NCBI GenBank assembly: GCA_951406725.2
Contig: OX597825.1
Coordinates: forward strand, 13,268,001 to 13,332,000
DNA length: 64,000 bases
Direction: 5' to 3'
DNA from: Octopus vulgaris
Taxonomy: Eukaryota
Below, in pieces: positions 1 to 12,999 of the stretch (positions are counted from its first letter, which is position 1; every line of letters begins with the position of its first letter). The notes beneath the pieces were generated by a model that was not told the DNA's origin, searched no databases, and worked only from the letters and a program-made list of their open reading frames with translations. The position numbers and the translations under genes are program-made.

Positions 1-334
1 TTGGGTAGTGGGTCCCTCATCATCTGATTGCTACCCTCTGCTCGTCATTGAAGAATAAAGTTGCTTCCAAAATTTTCTTGACTAGAAGCAAACTTAGGAA
101 CTAAAACCTGCTTCTTCAAATATTATAAGCGCAAATCTGAGACGAAACTTTTTATAGAATCCACCCTAAAATATAAGCAAAAATTATTCTCTTCTTCATA
201 AATTCTTGCGAACATGTTTAAATACGTTAGGTAACTGGCAATAGTATATAGATGGGTGGAGAGGGGTCGATTTTGGTCTAAAACAACTGTCTGACGTGTG
301 AATAGATTAAGAGATAGGTTCACTTCAGCAATTA

Positions 335-470
335 TTTTGTAGCTACTTCATGTTCCTGAGTTGCAAATGCACAACCCTTGAAATCTGATGTGATCCCACG
401 AGGGCAAGGGAGGTCACTCTTCATATCGAAACTGGCATCGCTGTCGAGTTTCGGGAAACATATCTATATA
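335..470 (-). pseudogene. Possible very decayed R4/Dong-like non-LTR retrotransposon fragment
   Basis: Minus frame reads DMKSDLPCPRGITSDFKGCAFATQEHEVATK*, resembling from memory the EG..xAxQEQE.xTK segment that precedes the zinc knuckle in R4/Dong ORFs; stops present. Confidence 0.3.
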
Positions 471-676
471 GGGCAAATACTTGTCTGCTGAATTCCGTCA
501 TCGAATGTACGAATCGATGTACTCTATTATGCGGCGAAGCGGTTTTGTAGGTGTCTCGGCCCGTTCCACCGTAACGCTATAGTTGCCAGGGTCCACCCAT
601 TGATATCTGTCACAAAACACTTTCACAACAGTACGAGCTCTGTTGAGTAAGATGTACCTCTTGACCAGATGTTTCT

Positions 677-1093
677 TATTTTCTTTACTGCCCACAGGGG
701 GCTACACACAGAGAGGACAAACAAGGACAGACAAAGGAATTAAGTCGATTACATCGAACCCCAGTGTGTAACTGGTACTTATTTAATCGACCCCGAAAGG
801 ATGAAAGGCAAAGTTGACCTCGGCGGAGTTTGAACTCAGAACGTAACGGCAGACGAAATATCTATTTCTTTATTACCCACGAGGGGCTAAACACAGAGGG
901 GACAAACAAGGACAGACAAACGGATTAAGTCGATTACATCGACCCCAGTGCGTAACTGGTACTTAATTTATCGACCCCGAAAGGATGAAAGGCAAAGTCG
1001 ATCTCGGCGGAATTTGAACTCACAACGTAGCGGCGGACGAAATACCGCTAAGCATTTCGCCCGACGCGCTAACGTTTCTGCCAGCTCGTCACC
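677..1093 (-). mobile_element. tRNA-derived SINE family A, dimeric (full monomer plus headless monomer), with 14-bp TSD
   Basis: tRNA-like head (gagctggcagaaacgttagc...gagttcaaattcc), central gcctttcatcctttcggggtcgat block, tail ...gggtaataaagaaata; GACCAGATGTTTCT at 663-676 and 1099-1112. Confidence 0.9.
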
Positions 1094-1411
1094 CTCTGGA
1101 CCAGATGTTTCTATCATCCTCAATGCTTATTGTTGCTGCACCACTAGTTCTCTCTCTTGAGCCAGATGTAATATATATATATCAATATAGAACTGTAGAA
1201 ATATTCTGTTGTCTGTGACAGTCACGCTAATAAGAAAAGAAAAACAAAATAATGTCGCACTACAGAATAAAAACAAGATGGTGTGGTCGCTGTTTTGACT
1301 GAAACGTCTTCGAACATTAATCTGCTTAATGAAAGCTGATGGAAATTAAATAACAACAGCAGCAGCGGTAGCAACAACAACAGCAGCAGCATTAGCAACA
1401 ACAGCAGTAGC

Positions 1412-1500
1412 AGCTCCATGAGGCTCCTGCGGGGAGGGGTGGTGAACTCCGCTGTACTCTTTCACCACAACTTTCCCTCACTCTTTCTTCCTACTTCTGC
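1412..1500 (+). mobile_element. SINE family C internal fragment
   Basis: agctccatgaggctcc...ctgtactctttcaccacaactttccctcactc; recognised from memory as the body of a cephalopod SINE. Confidence 0.5.
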
Positions 1501-1780
1501 CACAAAGCAGAGGAACCATGGTGTAAACCACTATGGTATGGTTAAACTTTCAGACCCTAGTCTAGATTGCGAATCCTCTGTACCCCAGGATGGTTCAGCT
1601 CTCCACACCTTAAAAGCCCGTTTACAGAATGAGGATAACAACGTAGCTTTCACGCCCGTGCAACCGCCAGTCTATCGCCTGTGGTGGGTGGATCTTCAAG
1701 TTGCCACACGCATTTTCAGTAGCTTAGAGTAGGCTCGAATTAGAGATTATTCTTTGTGGCTAATGGCGTGAGTCCTGATT

Positions 1781-2348
1781 GGAAGAAGAAGAAGAAGAAG
1801 AAGAAGAAGAAGAAGAAGAAGGAGGAGGAGGAGGAGGAGGAGAGGAAGAAGAAGAAAAGAAGAAGGAGGGGAAGAAGAAGAATGTAAAGAAGAAGAAGAA
1901 GAAGAATGTGAAGAAGAAGAAGAAGAAGAAGAAGAAGAATGTGAAGAAGAAGAAGAAGAAGAAGAAGAAGAAGAATGTGAAGAAGAAGAAGAAGAAGAAG
2001 AAGAAGAAGAAGAAGAATGTGAAGAAGAAGTGGAATGTGAAGAAGAAGAAGCGGAATGTGAAGAAGATAAAGAAGAAGAAGAGGAAGAGGAAGAAGCGGA
2101 AGAAGAAAAAGAAGAGGAAGAATGTGAAGAAGAAGAAAAAGAAGAAGAATGTGTAGAAGAAGAAGAAGAAGAAGAAGAAGAAGAATGTGAAGAAGAAGAA
2201 GAAGAAGAATGTGAAGAAGAAGGAGAAGAAGAAGAAGAAGAAGAAGAAGAAGAAGAAGAAGAAGAAGAAGAAGAAGAAGACAGCAGCAGCAGCAGCAGCA
2301 GCGGCAGCAGCAACGGAAGCAACATCGGTAGCAGCAGCAGTAGCAGCT
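1781..2348 (+). repeat. (GAA)n polypurine microsatellite with TGT interruptions, followed by (CAG)n
   Basis: Directly visible. Confidence 0.97.
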
Positions 2349-2834
2349 TCAACATGAGAATCGATCTCCAGACGGTATAACAAATCGTGAATTTCATTTT
2401 CCGCCATATTTCATTGCGCACATTCATTCGATAAAACAATAACGAAACAATATAAAACAAAATGATTATAAATAAAAACAACAATAACTAAAAAAAAACA
2501 ATTTTCAAGCATTATAAAATAAAAAGCTATATTTATTACAAAAATTAAATAAAAATAAATTATATAAGGTAATAATGTTCATGTGAATAATTCCATTGGT
2601 TTTGTTTATGTTTTTAAGTTAAAATTTACCTAAAAGTTTTGTTTTCATTTTTTTTTTTACACCGTATTCAATTTAGTCATGTTTCGTTGGTTTCTGAGTT
2701 CGAATCACGCCGAGGTCAAAGCCCAGGTCGGTTTCCTACTCTTTTATCTTTGACGATGTCGATAAAATAATTGGTCAGTCAAATACTTGAACTGATTAAA
2801 TCGACTGTAATCGAATTTATTTATTTATATTATC

Positions 2835-2920
2835 ACAGACACAAACACACACACACACGCACACACTTGTATTTATACACACACACACACAAACACACAC
2901 ACACAAACACACACACACAA

Positions 2921-2952
<32 letters not shown>

Positions 2953-2992
2953 ACACACACAAACACACACACACGCACACACTTGTATTTAT

Positions 2993-3032
<40 letters not shown>

Positions 3033-3185
3033 TTATGTATATATATATTTATGTATATGTATATATGTATGCATGTATGTATTATAAACACACACGTGTG
3101 TGTATAGACATACATACATGTATATTATATGTGCGAGAGAATGTATATATATATATGTATGCGTATGTATGTATAAAGAGCGCAA

Positions 3186-3235
<50 letters not shown>

Positions 3236-3384
3236 TCTTTATTTGTGTTTGCGTTCTTTCTCTCACCCCTTCTCGCTCTTTCTTTTTCTCTCAATCTCTC
3301 TCCCCCTCTCCTCTTTTCTCATGTGTATATAAATGTATGTGTGTGTATGAATGTGCATGTGTGTATGGATGCGCGTGCGCGTGA

Positions 3385-3416
<32 letters not shown>
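2835..3416. repeat. Compound (CA)n/(TA)n/(TG)n microsatellite
   Basis: Directly visible. Confidence 0.95.
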
Positions 3417-3419
<3 letters not shown>

Positions 3420-3670
3420 TAGAAGTGTTTGGCAAACACATGGGCTTTCTTTTCAGTAAACACACGTTTAGCCTCGCAAAGGAAAAAGCCGACACTACTG
3501 AGAAATCGGCAGTTCTTTTCGTCTGCGACCTGTTAATTAATTACGTGGTGAGTCAGAGGTATTCAATTGGTCGTCATAGAAATAGACACTATAACGTCTT
3601 TACAAAATTGAATACAGTGTAATATCTCGTTCCCAGGATCAAATACAGCCATCTGCAACTTACTTGGGTG

Positions 3671-4015
3671 AAACTTCCTGGAAATTTCCATGGAATTAAT
3701 GGAAAGTTCCGAGGATATGAGGAAACTTCCTGGAAAGTTCCGATGACTACCTCGAAAATTCAGATGACTTCTTGGAAAGTTTCACGGATTTCCTTGAAAG
3801 TTCCGATGACTTCCTGGAAACTTCCGAGAATTCCCTAGAAGATTAAGATGATTTCCAAGAAAATTCCGATGACTTCCCAGAAAGTTCCGAGGATTTCCTG
3901 GAATTTTTCCGAGGATTCTCTGGAAGGCTTCGTGGATTTCCTGGAAAGTTTCGAGGTTTTCATGGAAAGTTGCAAGGATGGGAAGAAACTTCCTGGAAAG
4001 TTCCGACGACTTCCT
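3671..4015. repeat. Degenerate 21-bp minisatellite, consensus about TTCCTGGAAAGTTCCGATGAC
   Basis: Units start at 3727, 3748, 3769, 3790, 3811, 3832, 3853, 3874, 3895 (21-bp period), then 3917, 3938, 3959. Confidence 0.9.
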
Positions 4016-4052
4016 GTATGTGTATGTATATATATACATACACATATATGTG

Positions 4053-4085
<33 letters not shown>

Positions 4086-4099
4086 GTGTGTGTATATAT

Positions 4100-4277
4100 T
4101 TGGGGAAGAGACCAGTCGATTAGATCGACCCCAGTACGCAACTGGTACTCGGCGGAATTTGAACTCAGAACGTAAATATATACATATATACGACGAGCTT
4201 CTTTCAGTTTCCGTCTACTCATAAGGCTTTGGTCGACTGAACCCGGAACCATGTGGTTGGTAATCAAGCTACTTACC
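4100..4277 (-). mobile_element. Fused SINE A and SINE B fragments
   Basis: cggcggaatttgaactcagaacg (A), then ctttcagtttccgtctac...gaacccggaaccatgtggttgg (B). Confidence 0.75.
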
Positions 4278-4296
4278 ACACATCCACTCCTATGCC

Positions 4297-4334
<38 letters not shown>

Positions 4335-4337
<3 letters not shown>

Positions 4338-5020
4338 TATGTTTGACTTTTGCTTTACATTTGTACAAGTTGGCTCCAAGTCTCACCCAGAGACCTCAAG
4401 AGACAACAAGTTGGAAGTTCATGTTGGTGTTATGCCTAGGGTGCCATATATTTGGTTTTGTACTTAGTGTTGTACTAGTGAATGTCTAAAAAACCATACG
4501 AAAATTATGTTTGTTTTAAAACTTGGGATTACATAGAAAGTATTTTGCGTAGGATATGAGCAGTTCCCATGAGTACTATCTTTTGAATTTCTGCCATTTT
4601 GGGGTTTCCTGGTATCTGAGTTAGGTAGCAATCAGCCCCTTTTGCTATCATTCCCAGGGCACCTATGACAACAGGTATTGTTTTAGTCTTCAGGTCCCAC
4701 ATTTTTCTGATTTCTATTTCCAGATCTTTATATTTGCACAGTTTTTGGTAGGTCTTGATAGATACGTTTATATCGATTGGGACAGTCATATCAATGAGGA
4801 GGCATGTTTTTTATCTGAAATCTTTCAATATGATGTCTGGCCTATTCGCATCTATCTTTCTGTCAGTTTGAATGGTGAAGTTCCAGAGGAGTGAGATGCG
4901 GTCATTTTCAAGCACTCGAGGCGGTTTGTGTTCCCACCAGTTTTTATCATGGAGCAAGTCCAGGCTTTTGCAAATTACCCAGTGAATATATTATGCAGCT
5001 CCATCATGCCTGTTGTATTC
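4335..5020 (-). mobile_element. 5'-truncated R4/Dong-clade non-LTR retrotransposon (restriction-like endonuclease domain plus 3' UTR), pseudogenised
   Basis: Minus frame EYNRHDGAA*YIHWVICK...LLWNFTIQTDRKIDANRPDIILKDFR*KTCLLIDMTVP...QKLCKYKDLEIEIRKMW...PVVIGALG shows the RHD and PD..D..K motifs; two in-frame stops; (TAA)n on both sides. Confidence 0.88.
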
Positions 5021-5022
5021 TT

Positions 5023-5135
<113 letters not shown>

Positions 5136-5554
5136 CATTGCCATTGTTATTGGCTGAAGGAATATCTAAAAAAAAACTTGTATAAAACTTGTATAAATTT
5201 GTGTGTGTGTAGCACAAAACGGCGGTGCATCAGCATGGCCGCAGCTCTGAGCTGAAACTAAAAAAAAAAAATATATGGATAAAAATATAAACAACAAAGA
5301 CCGAAAAATAAAGAAAAAAGAAAACAAAAGGCAACAGACAAAAAAATATAAGACAAAAAACAACAACTAGTAAATAAAATTCGACTTCGTAAATTTCAAA
5401 GACGCAAAACGGTGACATAAACGCTAGTTCTACATTCGTTATTGTCAATATATTTTCCTATCCATTCTTTACAAGAGTTTGTTTATGTGTACGTTATTTT
5501 GAATATATGTTTGGGATATATATACATATACACATACACACACACACATATATC

Positions 5555-5592
<38 letters not shown>

Positions 5593-6026
5593 AGGAAATG
5601 TTTTTAAAATGAATTAATTTATCAAATGTCAAAGCAACAAAGAATCAATTAATGCTAAAACAGATTCAAGTGTTGGCACCGAATGAATCCGTTATTTTTT
5701 TAAACTTATTTATTTTTATTTTTTGTTCATTTTTGTCGTTTGTTTGAAAATTGTACTGTGCTAAATATAAATAAATACAGTCAGAAGCTGTTTATCATAC
5801 GTACATACATACATACATACATACATACATACATACATACATACATACATACATAAATACATACATACATGCATACATACATACATGTGTGCATGCAAGC
5901 TTGTTTACATACATACATACATACATACGTACATTCATAGACATTTTTATATACATACATACAACCTACGACACAATACATACGTATATACAGACATACC
6001 ATACTGAGATATATATCTTTTTCTGA

Positions 6027-6487
6027 TCTAGGCACAAGGCCCGCAATTTTGGGGGAAGAGACCAGTCGATTAGATCGACCACAGTACGCAACTGTTACTC
6101 GGCGGAATTTGAACTCAGAACGTAAAGTCAGACGAAATACCTTTTTATTTACTACCCACAAGTGGTTAAACACAGGGAGGACAAACAAGGATAGACAAAC
6201 AGATTAAGTCGATTACATCAGCCCCAATGCGTAACTGGTACTTATTTAATCGACCCCGAAAGGATGAAAGGCAAAGTCGACCTCGGTGGAATTTGAACCC
6301 AGAACGTAGCGGCAGACGAAATACCTATTTCTTTACTACCCACAAGGGGCTAAACACAGAGAGGACAAACAAGGACTAAACGGATTAAGTCGATTATATC
6401 GACCCGAGTGCGTAAATGGTACTTAATTTATCGACCCCGAAAGGATAAAAGGCAAAGTCGATTTCGGCGGAATTTGAACTCAGAACA
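6027..6487 (-). mobile_element. SINE A tandem multimer (about 3 headless units)
   Basis: Repeated SINE A blocks joined at gacgaaatacc|t.ttt junctions near 6142 and 6325. Confidence 0.88.
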
Positions 6488-6539
6488 CTGCCATCACAAC
6501 CAGCCACATGGCCATCGTGGCGTTTACACCTCCACAATC

Positions 6540-7500
6540 AACGACCGTAACTACATCTACTACCATCACCATCATCGCCACCACCACCACAACTACCACC
6601 ATCAACACGATCGCAATTACCAAACCACCACCACCATCACCATCACTGTCACCATCACCGTCACCATCACCCCCGCCAAAACAACGACCACCACCGCACC
6701 ACCACCACCACCACCACCACCACCACCACCACCGCCACCACCATCAACACCACCGCTACCACCATCACCACCACCATCACCACTACCACTACCACCATCG
6801 CCATCACTGCCGCCAAAAGAACGACCACCACTAACACTATCACCACCACCACCACCACCACCACCACCACCAGCAACATCTCTACGACCACCACTACTAC
6901 CACTATCGCCAAACATAAACACCACGACCACCATAACAACGACCATTAACACCACCACCACCACCGCTACCATCACCATCACTGCCGCCAAAACAACGAC
7001 GACGACCACCACCACCAGCAACATCTCTACGACCACGACGACTACCACTACCGCCACTATCGCCAACATAAACACCACGACCGACCACCATAACAACGAC
7101 CATTAACACCACCACCATTAACACCACCACCACTATAAGAACCTTGACCACCACCATTACCACCACCAACACCACCACCATCACCAACATGAACTCCACC
7201 AACGCAATGACCAATTGAACTCACCACCACCACTGACACCACCACCACCACCACCGCCACCACCACCATAACAACGACCACCCACTGACACCATCATCAT
7301 ACTTGTCACTAAACAATTATTGCTGGTTTGTAAAAACCGGAAAAACAACAACAATGACACCACTCACCTCCACCACCACCACCACCACCACCACCACCAC
7401 CACCACCACCACCACCACCACCACCACCACCACCACCACCACCACCACCTCCACCACGCCACCGCCACCACCACCACCTCCAACACCAACACCAACAACA
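6540..7500. repeat. (CAC)n-rich low-complexity tract with internal ~135-bp duplication
   Basis: CAC/CAT triplets; caccagcaacatctctacgacc...ccataacaacgaccattaacacc occurs near 6870 and 7013. Confidence 0.9.
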
Positions 7501-7784
7501 ATAGCGACTAGAATATTGACGATTGGACGATGAAGTTTTGTTCGATTTGCTCCGCTCCATCAGTCCATGACGTCACCTCTCTATAATGGATCAATAGATC
7601 TGGTAATGCTCTCTCGACGATCAGCCACCTCGTATGATGTGAACGGAGCGTATATATTACACTGAACATATATTTTTCATGGTATATAAAGGTTTTCAAT
7701 TGTCAGTGAAAATCATCATCGGCTTTTCTCTCTCAAACACACACAATCTCTTGTATACATACACGTACGTACGCACAGGTATAT

Positions 7785-7786
<2 letters not shown>

Positions 7787-7859
<73 letters not shown>

Positions 7860-7897
7860 GTGTGTGTGTTTGTGTGTGTTTTTGTGTGTTTGTGTGT

Positions 7898-7972
<75 letters not shown>

Positions 7973-8148
7973 TGTGTGTGTTGTAGATACAGCGGTGTAA
8001 ACAAAGAGACGTTGGGAAATACAGTCGAAACGCCATATTGAAAATAAAGTATCTACGTTATTACTCATACAATGTGAACCATCATTGTGTCGCTCAATAT
8101 GGGGGCCATAGCAGTGTGTGTGTGTGTACATGCGTGTGTGTGTGTGTG

Positions 8149-8186
<38 letters not shown>

Positions 8187-8205
8187 AGCGCGCGTGTGTG
8201 TGTAT
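7787..8205. repeat. (TG)n microsatellites
   Basis: Directly visible. Confidence 0.95.
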
Positions 8206-8414
8206 TTGATAGCTTAAATGCTTCGTTAACAGACATATGCTCGTAAACTGTGAAAGGTTGCTTGAATACACCACAGCAGAAAGACCAAAATATATACGAA
8301 AATAACCGAAATTATTCTACCTGTTCTATTACGGGTACATTTACTGAATTTATTTTATCTATTCTATATTGTTTTATTTATTTATTTATTCATTTTATTA
8401 TGTGTTTATTTGTG

Positions 8415-8762
8415 GGGTCATCTAATCGATTACACCAACCTCTGTGCTCGACTAGAAATTATTTCATCGATTCCTGAAGGATGAAAAGCAAAGTCGACCT
8501 CGGTGGTATTTGAACCCAATACGTGAAGACGGATGACATGACATTTTCTGATCGACTTATCCTCTCGGGCGCGGAGTTTAGTCAATTACATCGACCCCCT
8601 TCACCCTCAAAAGCTCAGCGCAACTGGTACTTATTTTATCGATCCAGAAAGGATGAAAGGCGAAGTCGACGTCGGCAGGATTTGAACTCAGAGTGTAAAG
8701 ACGGACAAAATGCTGCTAAATATTTTGTCGAGCATGCTAACGATTCTGCCAGCTCACCGCCT
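8415..8762 (-). mobile_element. Two diverged SINE A copies
   Basis: gaaggatgaaaagcaaagtcgacctcgg and gaaaggatgaaaggcgaagtcgac...ctgccagctcaccgcc. Confidence 0.75.
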
Positions 8763-9956
8763 TAAAAGAATTAACGAAATATCAAGAACACGGATCTTTG
8801 CGGTTTTCGCCACTGCATGTGGAAATCTTTAAAAAAAAATTTAATGTATCATATAGATGTAATTTTTGGTGCTGAATCAGAATTTATTATTTATTTAATC
8901 CAGAAAAAAAATTTGCGAAAATGTTACACGTGTTCAAAGTTTGATAATTTTCAGAATTTTCAGCCAATCAGAAAACAGCGCGTTCGCTGCCTCTTCCATC
9001 ATCAGAGGTGGGGGAGGACACCGGCATGTCAATAAATTGAACGAGCCACGGTAAACAGTGAAAAACATTAAAACATTCGCGAGCAAATTAGATATTTAAA
9101 AGCAACGAACAAACCAACAGGAGTTGCTAGAAATAACTGTCAAAACATTGCTTAAAATAGACATTTATTAGTTTAAAAGAATTGAAGAACGAAAGTTGTG
9201 GCAATCTCGTCACTGTTCTAAAATTTCTATATTGTTCTAGAATCGAATTCCTTCTGGTGTGTTTATGTCCCCGTCACTTAGCGCTTCGGCAAAAGAGACC
9301 AATAGAATAAGTACTAGGCTTCCGAAAGGCATGGTAAGTTTTCGTATTTTCACAAAAGCAATAGGGTTTCATAATCAGATTTGATGAACCAATGGTCAGA
9401 GCGGAGTGATCAAATTCGTTGTCACTAACCTCAATAAATAAATAAATAAATAAAATTGAATCAAATTAACAAATTTAAAATATCAATTATATTAATATAG
9501 TTTTATTAATTGTGATTTGATAATTAGCATTGCAATTATCTTCCTTCACCTCTCCGCGCATATTCAGATTTAAATTTAATAATAAGGAGATTAAGGGATC
9601 CTAATAACAGTTATTTATAAAGGAATTTTAATAACGCAGCCATTTTAACTTCAATTATATCTCAACCACATCCTGTTCTGCAAATAACACAACACTCGGT
9701 TCTCAAACTTCCTATTCGGTAATTTTCTTATTGTTCGTCCCATTGTTGCTAATTTATTGAATTCATTTATTTATTTGTGCTTTTGTTAAAACTTAAGAGT
9801 ATTTCTTCTAATGAATGCTTAAATCCTGAGCACGTTCTTAGAAGAGGCATTATGATTGAGGAAACTGTTTTATATCACAATGCAAAAGGAAACTGAATTC
9901 ATAAGAATTGAAATTTTCGTTTCCAAATCTCAAATATCTAAAAATTATATATGCAT

Positions 9957-10095
9957 AGGAAGATCGGCTGAATAATTCATAGGCTGGCCAAGATACTCTC
10001 ATGGAATGTGATCAAATGAGGTTTATTTTTCAACATAGTCACCTTTGCGGTCCATGCGCTTCTTTCATTGGCGTTGCTTGCAGTGCTTGGATGCA
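9957..10095 (-). mobile_element. mariner transposon 3' remnant
   Basis: Minus strand encodes IQALQ...KKRMDRKGDYVEK* (mariner C-terminal GDYVE motif), followed by a TIR-like end. Confidence 0.7.
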
Positions 10096-10282
10096 GTGCT
10101 TGTTGGTCGAAAGGTAATCAACAACAGATATGAACAGGAATTAATCTTCTCTCTCCGCTCCTTTGCGCCGAATGGGCTCAACTCCCCTGCTCTTTTCATC
10201 TGACTCCCCTTCTCTCTTCTCCTCATCTGACACCTACTTCTTCTCTTCACGCATACCCGCGTACAAATGCACATTCCCGCGG

Positions 10283-10462
10283 CTTTATCGATCGCATTCT
10301 CACCTGCAATCGATTTTTGTAATTTTGTAATTTTTTCAAGACTTACACACGCCCTGATACGGTCGGTATCCACATATCAAATTTGAGTGCAATCGGATGG
10401 AGGATGCCCGAGATCCTAGAAGACACACACACACACAGACAGAACGGATTTTATATAATAGA
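10283..10462 (-). mobile_element. Non-autonomous Helitron-like element, 5' part
   Basis: Minus strand begins TCTATTATATAAAATCCGTTCTGTCTG; ~180 bp near-identical to 10668-11085 once the SINE is removed. Confidence 0.65.
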
Positions 10463-11085
10463 CGAGCAAAACGCCCCTCGTCTAATGGACGGTGCTGAGT
10501 TGTCAAACATTTAAACGAAATTTTCTCAAAACAACTTGTCCAACCGTCCCATAGGCCTCCCCTTTGAGAAACACTGATTTAACCTAAATTTGAGACACCA
10601 GCAAAAGAAGAAATAAAGATATACTTTTTCCTATTCCAAAGAAAAAAGCTTTTATTCACACAAATATGCTTTATCGATCGCAATCTCACCTGGAATCGAT
10701 TTTTGTAATTTTTTCAAGACTTATACACGCCCTAATACCTATTTCTATTTCTTTATTACCCACAAGGGGCTAAACATAGAGAGGACAAACAAGGACAGAC
10801 ATAGGTATTAAGTCGATTACATAGACCCCAGTGCATAACTGGTACTTATTTAATCAACCCCGAAAGGATGAAAGACAAAGTCGACCTCGGCGGAATTTGA
10901 ACTCACAACGTAAAGACAGACGAAATACCGCTTAACATTTCGCCCGGCGTGCTAACGTTTCTGCCGGCTCGTCACTGATACCGTCGGTATCTACATATCA
11001 AATTTGAGCGCAATCGAATGGAGGATGCCCGAGATCCTAGAAGACACACACACACACACAGACAGAACGGATTTTATATAATAGA
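10463..11085 (-). mobile_element. Non-autonomous Helitron-like element interrupted by SINE A
   Basis: 5' A|TC at 11085; 3' imperfect hairpin ccgtccattagacgagg then TTTTGCTCG at 10463. Confidence 0.65.
10740..10974 (-). mobile_element. Full-length SINE A monomer inserted in Helitron
   Basis: Head to tail present; flanks ctaatacc / ctgatacc are a TSD-like copy of the uninterrupted ccctgatac site seen near 10352. Confidence 0.9.
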
Positions 11086-11485
11086 TGTATAGTCAGATAG
11101 ACTCACAGACGGGCTTATAGAAAGACAGACTGGCAGCAAATAGAAAGATAAACAGATAGAGACACAATGACAGACATAGATAAATTGACAGAGCGATATA
11201 AATTTGTGTATTGTCGAATTTATAATTCGATATTTCAATACATTTAACTTCTTAAAGGTTAAGTTTAATCTCAATGTGCGAGCGCGAGGCGTGCTCGTAC
11301 GTGCGTATGCGTGCGTATGAGTGTGTACTTGTGTGTGTGTGTGTGGGTGGGGTGTCGGTGTATACACAGATATATTTTTAATCCTATTAAACTGAGAAGG
11401 CCCTTGTGAACGGTGGCACACTCGTGCCGTTGAAGCTGACAACAATAGAGGGGAGGGAGGACGGGAGATTTGTCAAACAACAGTT

Positions 11486-11499
11486 GTTGTCATAGTAAC
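11486..11499. promoter_or_regulatory. Candidate RFX X-box in a unique-sequence island
   Basis: GTTGTCATAGTAAC fits the X-box consensus GTHNYYATRRNAAC; motif match only. Confidence 0.3.
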
Positions 11500-11682
11500 A
11501 CTTACTCGAAAGTCCTCAAGCCGTTGACTTTAACGCGCTCCCAATCTGCCCCTCCTACCATGCCCTACAGTCAGGGTCCTGACCACGCCTTCCTTCCCCG
11601 TCATATGACAAATAATGAGGTGTCACTGTTAAACTTTTGTTCTCCTTATCGACCAAGGGATTCGGTCAAATCCTGCCCCTAC

Positions 11683-12009
11683 TCTCCCCCCCTCTCTCTC
11701 TCCCTCCCTCTCTCACACATCTACCTCACGCTCCCTTTCTCTCACTTCTCTCTCTCTCCTTCCCTGCCTCTCTCTCCCTCTCTCTTTCCCTGCCTCTCTT
11801 TCCCTCTCTCTTTCCCTTCTCTCTCTCTCCCCTTGTCTCTCTCTTTCCCTTCTCTCTCTCCCTGTCTCTCTCTCTTTCTCTGCCTCTCTCTCGCACTCTC
11901 TCTATCACTCTTTCTATCATATCTCCCTCCCTCTCTCTATCTCACGCACACACACAAACACACACACATACACACACAACACAAACACATACACAACACA
12001 CACACACAC

Positions 12010-12048
<39 letters not shown>

Positions 12049-12060
12049 ACACACACTCGC
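11683..12060. repeat. (CT)-rich and (CA)n microsatellite
   Basis: Directly visible. Confidence 0.93.
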
Positions 12061-12496
12061 GCGCACATACGTAACCGCACGCGTACATACACTTTCTCTT
12101 TTCGTTTCGCATTCGCAAGATTCCCAGTTCGATCCCATCTCGTGACAACTTAACTGAGTTTCATTTTCCCTCGCCTCGGATCGAACCAACTGTGTGAAAG
12201 TTCTAAGGTAGATGAACCGTACATGTCATTCAAAAGACACAGGTATATTATTACACTCAGTCATGTCATAGAGAATCTGCGTAGTACTCAGCCACTTACA
12301 CGAGAATTTAATTCATCGAACAAATGAATCGTTACAGAATGAACCGCCTTCGACGGTGACGGACATCGAATACGCACGCGCGCGTGTGTATGTGTGTGTG
12401 TATGTGTGTGTGAGTTTGTGTGCGTGTGTATATATGTGTGTGTGAGTTTCTGTGTGTGTGTGTGTGTGTGTATGTGTGACTTTGTGTAAGTTTGTG

Positions 12497-12518
12497 TGAG
12501 TTCGATTCCAAGCAGTGA

Positions 12519-12594
<76 letters not shown>

Positions 12595-12830
12595 TATAAT
12601 AATAATAATAATAACAATAATAATAATGATAAATTACATCGAAAAATACCCTAGAAATGGGAACCCAGGTTCGAAATTTCCCCCAAGACACCTGAAGAAG
12701 GCTGGAAGGTATATCAGCCGAAATGTTAAGTTAACAACAAACAAGATGAGAACAAAAATCCGTCCAATGTAAATAATGTAAATAATGTAAATAATGTACA
12801 TAATTCCTCATCTCTTAAATATAGAATTGT
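12497..12830 (+). mobile_element. tRNA-headed, (AAT)n- and hammerhead-containing element (family H), copy 1
   Basis: B-box GAGTTCGATTCC, (AAT)n, decayed HHR CTGAAGA-A-GGCTG..CAGCC-GAAA-TGTT at 12692-12727, tail (ATGTAAATA)n-cataattcctcatctcttaaatatagaa. Confidence 0.85.
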
Positions 12831-12999
12831 ATTAACCCAATATATACTTCGTGGGTTCGTGCTTGAGTCCCACAATGCCGCATCATAAGCGTCATCTACT
12901 ATAGCCTAAGGCCTGCTAATATCTGAATGGAAGCTTTTCGCATATATATACAAGTGTATATTTGTGTGGTATATATATATATATATATATATATATCCC

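Noticed and set aside
1747-2484. Poly-E/K/S ORFs
   Set aside because: Open in several frames on both strands because of (GAA)n; no complex sequence
6408-7106. Pro/Thr/His-rich mucin- or formin-like ORF
   Set aside because: Starts inside a SINE and runs through (CAC)n; low-complexity artefact
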